Origin: Massalongia carnosa
Taxonomy: Eukaryota
Length of the DNA stretch: 64,000 nt
Assembly: GCA_965645245.1 (NCBI GenBank)
Contig: OZ287077.1
Location: 496,001 to 560,000, forward strand
Direction of reading: 5' to 3'
Part shown: positions 1 to 11,584 of the stretch, in pieces
How positions within the stretch are numbered: position 1 is the first letter of the stretch
How the letters are laid out: each line of letters begins with the position of its first letter
Made by a program: the position numbers and the translations under genes
Notes under the pieces: generated by a model
What the model saw: the letters and a program-made list of their open reading frames with translations, nothing else
The model's database searches: none
What the model was told of the DNA's origin: nothing

Positions 1-169
1 GCGCCGTGTTGGAAGGTTCTTGCGCGGGGTCTAGAGGAGAAGCGTGGGGTTCTTGACGAGCTTCAGCGTTGTAGGCGCTGAAGAAGGGGTGCTCGACGCC
101 GGAGGACTCAAGGTTGGCAATGAAGTCCCAAAAAGGGGCGGTTTGGTTGAAGTAGCGGATTGAAGGCAT
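1..169 (-). CDS. 5' end of a gene leaving the window; probable small heat-shock (Hsp20-like) protein N-terminus
   Basis: ATG at 169 in ACCATG context reads MPSIRYFNQTAPFWDFIANLESSGVEHPFFSAYNAE..., open to the window edge. TATATAG lies near 321-328 with AGGGG (STRE-like) motifs upstream. The PFWDF...HPFF segment resembles fungal Hsp20 N-termini from recall; the alpha-crystallin domain is not in the window. Confidence 0.45.
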   Translation of the reverse strand, partial: MPSIRYFNQTAPFWDFIANLESSGVEHPFFSAYNAEARQEPHASPLDPAQEPSNTA

Positions 170-967
170 GGTTTGCTAGGTTGGCTGAAGGCAGATTTTG
201 TTGTAGTTAGATTTCGAGTTTGGAAAATAGAAATGTAGAGCTGAATAGATAGGAATAAAGGGATGAAGAGATGGTTGATGATGCAAAGAAGAAGAGAGAC
301 CGAACCACTTTCAAGCCACACTATATAGCAACAGCCACAGGCAGCATCCACGTACGTAGGCCATGGAGGGGTAAAGTTACGATAAATCACATCGAAGGAA
401 AGGGAACCTGCAGGAACATGAGAGAAGACACAACGGCCATGGGGGGTAGAGACTAGACCTAACTATCGCGGGGGGTACAGGATGTAGGCTCCGAAAGTGA
501 CGCACAAGTTTGATGGTGGATGGTTGGATGGTGGGGTTTAGTGGGGGTCGGTATGTACGAGTCCGACCAACTAACTTACACAGCACGGAGTAGTAACTAA
601 GCTTCAAACAAAGCAGGCTTCCGCGCATTGCGTGGCCATTCTTTGCAATGCCAAGATCGGCGATGTTGGTCGAAGCCAGAAGAAGGGGGCAAATAAGCCG
701 AATATGCCGAACATGCCGAATATCCGTCGGGGGTCGGATAATCATCAACCGCCGAAACTCAGAGTGACTAATCGTGCTAAACCACTTTTGGAATGGAAAG
801 GGCACCCTTTATTTCATCCCGATAGTGGCTTAGCACGATTACGGAGCCTGTATCAACCTATTCTGCCGCTGAACAAGCATGACAACCGTCTTTGATTGTC
901 TTTGACCGAGCCTGATCTTCTGTTCTGCGCGGGTACTGGTCAGCCAGATGGATTACAGATACGGCTG

Positions 968-2290
968 CACGCGGGTGACAAAATAAATTACAACGTGTAA
1001 GCGAATTTACCCCTGAATGCCCCATCAAAACACCCTCCTTTTTTTCAACTTTTTATCTCATCATCAATGTCTCGACCCAAAAAGCCTCATTATGATACTC
1101 CCACAAAGGCCAAAGTTCAAGGAGCTTATCAATTTCTCATCTCACATGCAATTCCATTCGATCCACGGGCCATTTTTCAGGAATTTGGCGTGGCCGAGCG
1201 CGCGGGCTATAACATCATCAAAAGCGGAGCTTCTTCTCGCACACGTCACAATTCTTCTCTCGTTGAGACTCGGGGTCGAAAGCGAAATATTAGTGATGAT
1301 CAGCTGAAGGAGGCAGATCACATTCTGCAGGATCAAGATCTACAATTGGAAGGAAAACGCTACACATGGGATGCTTTAGCACAGGAGATTGGGGCCGACG
1401 TGATGGGACGTACAATGAAGAGAACTCTTACAGCTGCCTTGAATTATCACAAATGTCTAGCCTGTGTCAAAGGGTGGCTGGCAATGGCATCAGAAGAAAG
1501 AAGAGAAGAATTTGCTACAGTTATGTTAAATAAATCCTCGGTCCGAAGACTGGCATCGCGTACGATTCAGCGATGAGATTCATTTTGGCTACGGGCCTGA
1601 AGGACAGTTACGAATCATTCGTAAGCCCGGAACAAGATATCGTTAGGATTGTATTCAGCATCGTGATGCACCACCTGAGAAAGATCGTAAAAGAAAGCAC
1701 TGCTGGGCAGCAGTTGGTTACAATTTCAAGTCGGATATCTACTTCTACGATGTGCCCAGCAATAGCAATGGAAAAATGACTCATCAGGTGTATATTGACG
1801 CTATTCTTGATCCCGTCGTCAAGCCCTGGTTGGAGCGTGGAGATGACTTCGTACTTGAAGAAGATGGAGACTCTGGTCATGGCACGGGCAAGAGACGAAA
1901 CGCGGTCAAAAGTGGAAGTTAGATCACGATTTAGAGCACTATTTCAATTGTTCTTCATCTCCTGATCTAGCTCCCATTGAAAATTGCTGGCAGCCCGCAA
2001 AGCAGCATGTTCGTAAATTTCCTCCTTGGGACGATGCAAGTTTGGAGCAGCTGATTAGGGAGGGATGGGCTCGAGTCAGTCAGGAATTTATCAATGAAAG
2101 GGTGTTATCCATGCCCAAAAGATTGAAAGAGGTGAAAGATGCAATGGGGCGATGACTGGTTATTGATCTCATGTAATTTAGATGAATTTTATCAGCTATG
2201 CAGATGATGGTTGATGATGAGATGAAAATTTGAATAAAAAAGGGGGGGTAAATTCGCTTACACGTTGCAATTTATTTTGTCACCCGCGTG
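968..2290 (+). mobile_element. Tc1/IS630-type DNA transposon, full length, decayed
   Basis: 46-bp TIRs at 968-1013 and 2245-2290 (CACGCGGGTGACAAAATAAATT[A/G]CAACGTGTAAGCGAATTTACCCC, one mismatch) plus a subterminal inverted block ending ATCTCATCATCAA. Direct repeat GGCTG at 963-967 and 2291-2295. Confidence 0.93.
1067..2166 (+). pseudogene. Tc1-like DDE transposase, disrupted
   Basis: Reconstruction gives ...DWHRVRFSDEIHF...HCWAAVGYNFKS...FVLEEDGDSGHG...SPDLAPIENCW...SMPKRLKEV...MTGY*. It needs frameshifts near 1535, 1910 and 2146 and read-through of a TAG near 1644. Confidence 0.9.
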
Positions 2291-2456
2291 GGCTGTCATT
2301 CAGATCCTTCGACTACGTTGGCTGAAAGCTTAAAACATGGGATCGTTTAAAACCGGCGATTAGGCGGCGGACTTTACGATGCAGCCGACGGGACAGGAGA
2401 CTCACCTATCCCCTCTCAATGTCTATATCTAGCTCGTGCACGCACCTTCGACTTGA

Positions 2457-3611
2457 ATGAAGCTCCATCTGCGGTCAACATTAGCTCTTAAGTCTTGTCC
2501 AAAGAGATCATATCCTGTGCTCAGTACAAGGCTATCAAGCAGTTCTCCGCTTCTTCTCCGTTCGGCCGATCAAACCTCCCAGTCTCCCCGCCGGTGCTTC
2601 GGAACCCAGAGGATGACTTATCGCTATGTAGAATCGTTCAAATCGCCCCAAGGCCCCGGAGACTCCCGTCCTACCGCCTTGGACGTGGTCAAAGATGAGG
2701 GCCTGGAAGGCAAGCTCACGGACAAAGTCTTCCTCATTACCGGCTGTTCTTCAGGAATCGGCGTCGAGACCGCGCGTGCCATTGCCACTACAGGTGCCAA
2801 GCTCTTCTTAGGTGTTCGCGACACTGCCAAAGGCGAATCTGCCCTGTCCGATATTCTGGAGCCGGGGCGCGTGGAGCTCCTGAAAATTGATCTAAACTCT
2901 CTTGATAGCGTGCGGGCGGCTGTGAAGGATTTTCTCCAGCGCAGTAAGACCCTCAACGTTCTTATCAACAATGCAGGCGTGATGGCCACTCCAGAGGGCA
3001 AGACAGCCGACGGGTTTGAAACGCAATTCGGTACCAACCACCTGGCGCATTTCCTTCTCTTTCAACTCTTGAAGTCAACCCTCCTTACGTCTGCTACGCC
3101 CGAGTTTAACTCTCGTGTGGTGTGCTTGTCATCGAGCGGTCACCGCGGAGGAAATGTACGCTTCGACGACTACAATTTTGAGAAAGGCGGATACACCCCC
3201 TGGGGCGCTTATGCTCAAGCCAAGACAGCCAACATCTACATGGCCACCGAGATTGAGCGGCGGTACGGCGCGCGGGGCTTACACGGTTGGAGCCTGCATC
3301 CTGGGGGCATTATGACCGGATTGCAAATTCACGTGTCGGACGATATCAAGAAGGGGTGGCAAAGGGAGGAGGTGGCGAAATACATGAAGGACGCCGCCCA
3401 AGGAGCGGCCACGTCGGTATTTGCTGCGCTGAGCAAGGACTTGGAGGGTAAGGGAGGAAAATACCTAGAAGATTGTTCGGTGAGCACGCCGGTTAAGGAA
3501 GGTTTTACGCCGTTATCGGAAGGTTATGCACCGCATGCGTTTGACGAGCAGAGTGAGAAGAGGCTTTGGCGTGATTCCCTTAAGCTCGTGGGATTGGAAG
3601 ATGATCAGTAA
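2457..3611 (+). CDS. Short-chain dehydrogenase/reductase (retinol dehydrogenase/WWOX-like)
   Basis: Intronless 384-aa ORF with TGCSSGIG (TGxxxGxG), NNAG, FETQFGTNHLAHF, catalytic YAQAK (YxxxK) and LHPG. Second in-frame ATG at 2613. Confidence 0.93.
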   Translation: MKLHLRSTLALKSCPKRSYPVLSTRLSSSSPLLLRSADQTSQSPRRCFGTQRMTYRYVESFKSPQGPGDSRPTALDVVKDEGLEGKLTDKVFLITGCSSGIGVETARAIATTGAKLFLGVRDTAKGESALSDILEPGRVELLKIDLNSLDSVRAAVKDFLQRSKTLNVLINNAGVMATPEGKTADGFETQFGTNHLAHFLLFQLLKSTLLTSATPEFNSRVVCLSSSGHRGGNVRFDDYNFEKGGYTPWGAYAQAKTANIYMATEIERRYGARGLHGWSLHPGGIMTGLQIHVSDDIKKGWQREEVAKYMKDAAQGAATSVFAALSKDLEGKGGKYLEDCSVSTPVKEGFTPLSEGYAPHAFDEQSEKRLWRDSLKLVGLEDDQ

Positions 3612-5678
3612 GAAGAGCGCTTTTGAGTAGCACACCTCCATATAAGCCTGGCGATCTATGTAATAGTTTACCGAGCACATAGACAACAGGTTCCTTAAAT
3701 CAACCTCACTTTCGCATTATATTGCTCGTTTTGTTCGAAGCATGACCTACAAACAAAGCAACATATTATATATCCATGCAGCGACTCGATATGTACAGAG
3801 TACAGCCCGGCTTATCATTATGTCTGTTCGATGATAATTTTCATTATATGGTCCAACACCATCCTCTGTAAATCCAAAGTGTTTGGCTCGCGCATGTCGG
3901 AAACCAAAAAGATCGACCAGACAAGATGAAACACGACACTGACAGCCGCATCAACCCGATCAGGTGGCAGGTTCCACGGGCTATCGAGTTCAAACCTCGA
4001 GCTTCACTTTGAAGGTAGGTATGCCGATCTTGAAATCGCACTAGGCAGGGAGTTCCAAAAACATGGCCAAGGTGAATCTCAAAATGAGAAAACAGAGGGG
4101 CAGATCCTCTCACGAGTGTAATCGATTCCTCCGCCTTCACTGAGCATGAAAAAGAAGCCTGTGGCAACATGAGTAACGAACACGCTCAAGATGCATGTAG
4201 ACCAAGACCTCGAGAAAACCCCTCAACAAGTACCTCAATCTTTCTGCAGTTCTTGCGATCGCTCAAACCTTCCTATGGATTACTTTTGTAGCTCCAACTC
4301 TTCTCCTCACAGTCCAGTTTTTTACCCTTATGATGAAGCCCTCTACTATGCTTGTTGGCCTCGTTGCCTTCTTTCACTCGGTTTGAGCATTTCCTAGCTA
4401 TCGCAAGATCTGTAAGACTAGATTCGTCGAGGCTAAGCAGCTTGAAGCTCGCAACATTGCGCCTCCGTTGCCATATCCTCCGGGCTACAACGCTGAATCA
4501 TGTCCTCGAGTCGCTAACATCTTCACATATAACGTCTTCCAAAGCGTCATAAATGACAGCAGCGGCTCCAAAAAAAAAAAAAACGGTCGTCCTCAAGCCA
4601 TGAGGCCGAAATCAGTCTTGAAGATGTCGTGGTCGTCCGCTGAAAACTCCGCTGAAAACTCCGATGGTTTTCGGGCGCCTGCGCGCAAATCAGCCTAATT
4701 CAGTTTCGCAGCCCTCATGGGTTATACGTTCAAACAAAGCTGGCATTCTCCCGCTCCAATTACCACCCTAAGCAACTGCTAAATGGCTAATTCAAAAGGA
4801 GGTCTACCAAGCCACAATGCGAACAAGCAAACCATTCAACTGAAAGCATGGATTACATACATTTTCTCCTTCACCAGCGTTTCCTTCATCGAGCGGATTC
4901 GCATCTGGCACGCCACGGGACCCGGCATTCACGATTTTGAAGAGTTGGCATTCGAGAGGCCCCTAGCGCGCAGCGCTGGGATTTCTATCCGGCCGGACGT
5001 TAAAATTACTGAGCATATGTGGGTTATTTTCCTGGAAGTCTTCGCTACGGGTGTTTGTACTTTGTTCGAGCTTCCTCGGATGGGGGCGGGGAGGCTTCCC
5101 AGGATCCGGCCCGAGTAGTGTTTGGTGGGGAAGTGAGTTAAATAAATTTTTTTTTTCAAAAAAAAGGGAGGGGGGGGGGGAAGAAACGACAACAGCCAGA
5201 TTTGGATCTCTACTCTTGGGGCTAGGACAACATGAACTCCCCAATCCTCATCAACCCCCCTCTCCCACCCCCCCCTCCGGAAAAATAACAACATAAAAAC
5301 ATGAAAACCCGTCTCCCCTAACCAATTTCTATAACCCCACCCCCCCTCTTTGAGAAGCGAGGACTTAGTTTTGGCCGAACACTAGGATTAGTTAACGAAT
5401 GATTGGTAAATAAAATAAAAGGCTGAAGAAGAAGATTTTGAATCAGGGCTAGAGTAGATCTATTCGTGGGGAGGGCTTTGGCTGGAGAGAAAGTAGGGAA
5501 AGCAGGTATGTGACAGGGTGGAAGGTGTTTTGGTAGATGCAAGGGGGTAGGAAAAAAACAGATAACTCCTATTGTCATTCGTGAAAGAAAGTTAAGGATA
5601 AACCAGAAACTAAACAGAAATGTTCATCATCACCAGAAATCCCCATCCCCTTCTCATCATAAACCCTCTCTCAACCCC

Positions 5679-6172
5679 TCAACCCTTCAACCCCAACGGG
5701 TTCTCCCCCGTCTGCTCCTCCCCCCCCAGGGGCTTCCCATCCAGGGTCTCCGCCCCCTTCTTCTGCTCCGCGGTGCCGCCGCCCACGCCAGCCACCTCGC
5801 CGAATGCGCCGCCGCTCCTCATCACGCCGCCAACCACGGCGTCGACCACGCCCCCAACGGGCTTCGTGACTGTCTCCAGCCCTTTGCCGACGGGGTTGCC
5901 GACGGTGGAGAGCGTGGATTGGATCTTGTCACCGGCGGAGTTGCCGTAGGGGGCTAGGAAGGGGCCTTGGGGTTGAAAGAGGGCGGGGGGGGTTAGTGGG
6001 GGTTATATAAGGTTGTGGGTGGGGGTGGTTGCAAACCGTCATTTCCGCCGGATTTTGCTTTTTCCGAAGGCTTTTCCTGCTGCGCGCTCTTCTCCTCCTT
6101 GGCGGGCGCTTCTTCGTCCTTGGGCTGTTGTTGTTCTTGTTGTTCTTCTTGTTTTTGCTCCTCTTCGGCCAT
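5679..6172 (-). CDS. Small hydrophilic, Gly-rich fungal hypothetical protein (2 exons)
   Basis: Exon 1 at 6172-6037, intron GTTTGC...ACTAAC...CTAG, exon 2 at 5953-5679. Reads MAEEEQKQEEQQ...GDKIQSTLSTVGNPVGKGLETVTKPVGGVVDAVVGGVMRSG...LGGEEQTGENPLGLKG*. Splice phases are consistent. Confidence 0.8.
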
Positions 6173-6993
6173 GTTGGGCGCCGTGAGATTCTGGACTTTG
6201 ATAGAATGAGGAGATTGTTTGCGCTTGAGAATGCGGGGGGGGTTTCGGAAGGCGACGATGACGTCAGGATCGCTTCGTTTTTTATATTGTTATGAGAATC
6301 TTTCAACTTCCCCTCATTAGGTACTGCATTTTATGCGCACGCATCTGTGTGATGAAACTTGGATCTGGCAAAGCTGGATAACAAGTCTCACGGCACTCGT
6401 CCAGTTACGCTGTAAGTTAGTTATTCTGAGACGGTGTTAGTGGCCCCGTCCAAAATATAGAGGCGCTACGAGACACCCTTACACTGCGTTCAAACATGGA
6501 CCCAGAGCGCTGGTTTCTGCCTCTGTTCAGCAGCAGTGGCTGGCTCTGGCTCTAGTTCCCACCACGATCATGACAACGGCCACGAGCACGGCCTATTCCA
6601 TAGGAACATAGACAACCATCTCGGTCCAACAACTCCAACCAGAACCGAGTCAATACACCCCAGCGACTGTGAGAGAAGCTGCCATACTTTGACACCTTCC
6701 CGGTCTGTAACGCCGTTCTACTCAACTCAGTTTAGATAAGATTTGCGAAGGAGATGACCTGGTCAGGTGACTTGCAAGGTTTGTGGAAGGCTATTGTAGC
6801 ACAAAGTACCTCTATATACGAAGTCATACTAGCTTCCTACACCCTCTTCCATCCACAACACAATTGCTTGAAACTTTTGCCAAGAGTTACATATATCTAG
6901 AGACAGGCCTTGATTTTCATCTTCCCGAAGCCTGCGACGAGACGTGTTCTTAGCGCCCTGTTTTACATCTCCGTGAGGTTGAGCAACGATCCC

Positions 6994-8296
6994 TCACTCG
7001 CAAGTGCTCTTCGATGGACCGGTGAACGGGCCTTGCCGGTAGATGGCTACCCCGATCCCTGAGGGGAATGGGAGGCGTTAGAATCTATTAATTTCGTCTT
7101 CGCTGCGGCATGGCATCATTCCTCGACTTACCTCGCTTGGCTTTCCACCACGAGGGAACGTACTGATAGCCGTTCCGCCAATTCGACGCTCAGAAGGACA
7201 TGAATCAAGTAAAACATCGATTACGCTGCGGATCAAAACGCCGGTGGTAATCGACTTCTTCGTAAAACCAACGGCGATAGCGCAATCACCTAGTTACCAA
7301 TCGGTCAAAGTCAGTGTGTGAGGTTCCGGATATTCAAATCAAGAGAGTGGCTTGACCTGCGTGGGCGAACAAGGGAGGATCTACCCCCGGGGTTTTGACG
7401 ATCAGATCATTGGCTGGGAACTGCAGCCGATAGGTTGCATTTCGTCATACCGTCTCCTTGAGATCCCATAAGTTTGTATCACAACGGGCACTGAGGTAAT
7501 CGATGTCGAAATCGACGTTTCGGAGCTGCGCACAAGAACCCTTAATCCGATCGTCCGACCAAGCGAGGTTGGGATTGTTCCTCATCGCATCTCTCGTCAA
7601 CCCTAAGTCTCGAATGTATTTTTCTATGTCATCCCCAGCCTTCGCGTTATAATTATGTTGCAATATTTGGTATAACCGATCTTCGAAAGTGTCGATGATT
7701 GTCTCGTCTCGATCGGCTCGATTTGGATCGCCCTCGCTATTCTCGATGGATATGATGAGGAACGCGGTTTCTCCTAATTTTACATGCTCTTCCATTAAAA
7801 TATAGCTGGCATTGCAACTCTCCAGTACAGGGAGTGCTCACCCCGGTGTATATCGACCCGGAGGATGGAATGGAATAATTAAGCTGTTGAAGTCAACTGT
7901 TCGGTAACCTTCAGATTTATACGGAAGACAAGTATCAACCAAGTTCTCCGTCATTTTTTTTACCTAGCTGAACATATAACGATTGTTGCGCAGACTGACT
8001 GAAGGATGGCTGGGTGCTTTGTCAATCACGATCCGACAACTGGCGAATAGCTACTCAAACGCTATTGGCGTCCCGACAATAGTTCCTGGTATCTCGTGAG
8101 CAGGAAGATTATTGTAATAAGTAACAAAATCATTGCAAGTGGGCATATGGCGAAACGTAATGTCGCAAGGATTCCGCCAACGCTCGAAATATTCGAGGCT
8201 CCTAGTGCGTTTAATGAAATCCCTATTTTTGACCTTTGCTACTATCTCGCAAATAAAGAAAGCTGATAGGAACCATGCCGCGCCAGTAGTTATCAT
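6994..8296 (-). pseudogene. Decayed secreted Cys-containing protein gene
   Basis: Signal-peptide-like start MITTGAAWFLSAFFICEIVA. ORFs 8051-8296 and 7445-7795 share a frame joined through stops (FE*LFASCRIVID, FS*VKKMTENLVDTC, PG*ALP). Downstream exon-like segments read GDCAIAVGF...IRSVIDVLLDSC...IGGTA and IGVAIYR. Exon structure is not fully resolved. Confidence 0.4.
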
Positions 8297-9924
8297 ACCT
8301 TGGAAACAATTGCAGATATTGTATTACCATAATCAGAACATTCAGCACTATTCATGGGCTTTGTGATTTGTAATATTGGCCGTTATACATCTAAAATAGA
8401 CGCTTGAATGATGAGCACATGACAGGAAGTAAAGAAGCTGACAACACACAGGCTTTATATCATCAACCACAGATATGAGCAGAGCAAAAACCGCTGCGAT
8501 TTGGAGCAAGTGAAATCTATAAATCTTCACTGCCGCAGCTTCTAAGCGCTTTGCCTTGCATAATCTAGTACTCAAAAGCTCATGTTGTTGTGTTTGATTC
8601 GATTTCCTCTTTCACCTGGTCGCATATGTTCTGTGTGCTGCGACTGAAACAGTGTCTTAATGCTTCAGCAATGATGAAGAATTCGTATCTTCACTCTTGA
8701 AATCTTTGCCGATCTGGGCGTTGAAGACATACATTTCGCTAACCCCTGCAATGGGATTTCATCCCATCTACATCGAATTTTCTGGGTTACTATGGGAAAA
8801 TATTCCTGATCCATGTTATCGACAAATCCCAAACAGTCCTGGCTATCCCAGGATTCCTCAAAGCCCGAGATTGGCGATTGGATACAGACGCGAAAACCCC
8901 TAATGTGAAGTCCCCAAATCGTTTGTCGTCAAGATATATGATGTAGCAAACTTTGGTAACTGATTGATAATTTATACCTAAGGAAAAATCTATGCATCAC
9001 TGGGGCCCTAGAATTTACCTAAGCTAAAGATTGAACCAAAAAAAGCATCAAGGGCTGGAAAAAATATGATTTCTTTACTTTCAACCCTTGGTTAGGATTA
9101 AAATTTTAATTTCCTTAATCGAAATTGTCTTCCTCGAGTTGTTCCAAACCGAATCTTGCTGCATAGAACTAGAGCTCAGCTGAATTATTTCGACCGTAGG
9201 ACTTTTTCTAGGCTTAAAGTCTTTCTCTAGCTGATTCATATTGAGCTTGAGTTCCACCTTTTCATACTATCTCGTCCTAATTTTACGAGGATAATGCTTT
9301 ACTTTTGCGGTCTGTTCTGTCAGATAAAAGTATTTCTGTCTTCGAAGCCTAAGAAAAATCTTGCGAATGGCTGGCAGTTCTACAAAGTGATACAATTATC
9401 TGCATTGTAGCTCGTTTACTCAACCATTGAGATGCTTCCCTCCGATAGTATCCCATTGAAGTCGCAGAGTGCTAGCCCTTAATCGCATACATATTAAGCG
9501 CCTACATCGTCCCTCATAATATTACTCTTTTGAATTCCTACAGTGTCAAGGGGTTTAGATCACGCTGTTGACCTTCAAATAGTTGATTTCATGACCGGTA
9601 GCTATTTTCCTGCAGTCTTATCCGCATCTTTCTATCAGGGAACCTGCATCTAAGGTTGAAATAGGGAAAGATAAGGAAAGCGAAGAATAGGAAATGAGCT
9701 TCGGATATAAAAGATTAATTCGATATGCAAGCCATGCTCAAGATAGATTTAAAAATCGCAGAAGAGCTAGAAGCAGGACCGGGAAGAAAGACACGTCACG
9801 CACTGCCCCTCACTTCTCATCACCCCAATTCCAATCCAATCTCCCTCCCCCCCCCACATAACCAAAACCTCTAAGCTCACAATAAAAAACAGCCAAAAGA
9901 AAAGCGGCCACTTGCCCTCACCCA

Positions 9925-10321
9925 TCAAACTCCCTCCTTGTTCGCCGCAAAAGAATTCGCCGCTTCCACCTCCTTCACCTTATCCGCGTCCGCAACCGCC
10001 TGCCCGAAAGCTTCCGCCTCGGAATCGAGTTCTTGTTGGAAACTTATTGATTCTGCTGCTGCTCCGGAGACAATATTTCCGAGGGTGTCACTGCTCGTGG
10101 GATCCACTGAGGAGGAATCGGGCGACGGGCTGTCTTGACGGGCAGATAGGTGGGAGGAGCGGAGGGATATGGGATCTAAGGGCGGGGAGGGAAGGGCGTT
10201 ATAGGGAGTCTATTTTTTTCCTCCTGAAAAGAGGATGAGATAACTCACTAGATCCCGCTGGAGCCCCAATAGCCAACGTCGCCATGAAACCAAAAACTAC
10301 AACGAGAGATTGATACCGCAT
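9925..10321 (-). CDS. Small secreted acidic protein, 93 aa (2 exons)
   Basis: Exon 1 at 10321-10249 (MRYQSLVVVFGFMATLAIGAPAGS, signal-peptide-like), intron GTGAGT...CAAG, exon 2 at 10133-9925. Total 282 nt in frame. TATATATAG upstream near 10521-10530. Confidence 0.75.
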
Positions 10322-11584
10322 ATTTCTTTCCTCCTTCTATTCTTTTTCTTTTCTTTTTTCTTTTTCGTTTCTCGAACGACGATAACTAGTTACCTTCCGC
10401 TCAAACAATTGCAGGCCAGGTCTTGGATCAAGCAGGCAGGCAGCGAAAATGGATACTCGGGATAATTAGCGATGGTCGGGGATAGGATAGGATAGAAGTG
10501 AGTAAGTGGGCGAGATCTACCTATATATATTTCGTTTCGGGCATGTACGTAGGTAGGTATGTTAGTTGTTGTTATTGTTGTTGTTGATAGAGGAGAAGAG
10601 GAGATGGAATGAGGTGAGGTGAGGTGTTGGCTTTTTATTATTATTTTTTTGGTATATGTGTACGTGTGTACGTGTGTATCCATCTTCAACCTACTGATCC
10701 ATACATTCATGCATTCATTCATTCATGCATCAATCAATCAATCATCCCTTATCACCCGATTCTACTCTACTTCCATAACCCCTACATATCCCGTCTTGTC
10801 AAGTCCCGTCCCGTCATGTCCCGTCCGCTTCAGAATTTCAAAGCATTAGATACGGTATGTGGCTCTGGCTATACTATGTAATAATGATAATGTGTATGAC
10901 CGTGACGTATAGTCTACAGAGTTATGTACTACAGGGCAATCTTTTCCCTTAACAGGTCATCCTCTGCTAAGCAAAGTGGTAAGCCTAACTGATCCACATA
11001 CGGTTTCCGTAGATGCTCTGCTGGTAGTTAGAAGGTGAACATGCATACCTCCACTCATTCATCCATCCATCTATCATCATCACAACTCCCCATCACACTG
11101 CTATTTCCTTCTACTGAAATCTCTTCATCATCATGTGGGATTCGCATCTTCGAGATTCAAGGATCACGGACCAGATCTGCGCGTATCGGATCTGGATCGT
11201 TTCGGACCTGGGCGGACAGGGTCCTGATTTGAACTAACTACGGAGTACATGCTTAGTTATGTGCTGTGTACGCCAACGCTCATTTCCCCCTTTCGCCTTG
11301 CTACGCAACCCCATTCTTCATTTCCCCTTTTCCCCTTGCTACACGAGTGAAACTAACCCCCTTCCTTAATTCCCCGAAACCTCGTTCGTGGAGTTTTCAA
11401 TGCTTTTATGTCTTTTGTTTTTTGCCTTTAGTATTAGTTAATGGAAGATTTTCTGTTTTTTGAGAATGTCAAGAGCGTTTTTTCTTTGTTTTGGGGTTTC
11501 ATGGTTTTTTTTCTGCTTATGTAAAAATCACAAAACGAACAGCCTAAATAATCATGTTGTAAGGCTTTCGTAAGTATCGTTTAT

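Noticed and set aside
968..2290. Classifying the element as Transib/RAG-like because of its CAC ends and 5-bp TSD
   Set aside because: The encoded protein has Tc1-type motifs and size (FSDE, SPDLAPIENCW, SMPKRL), not Transib/RAG1-core motifs.
4783..5296. Overlapping 80-120 aa ORFs on both strands
   Set aside because: They cross homopolymer runs and show no motif or consistent splice model.
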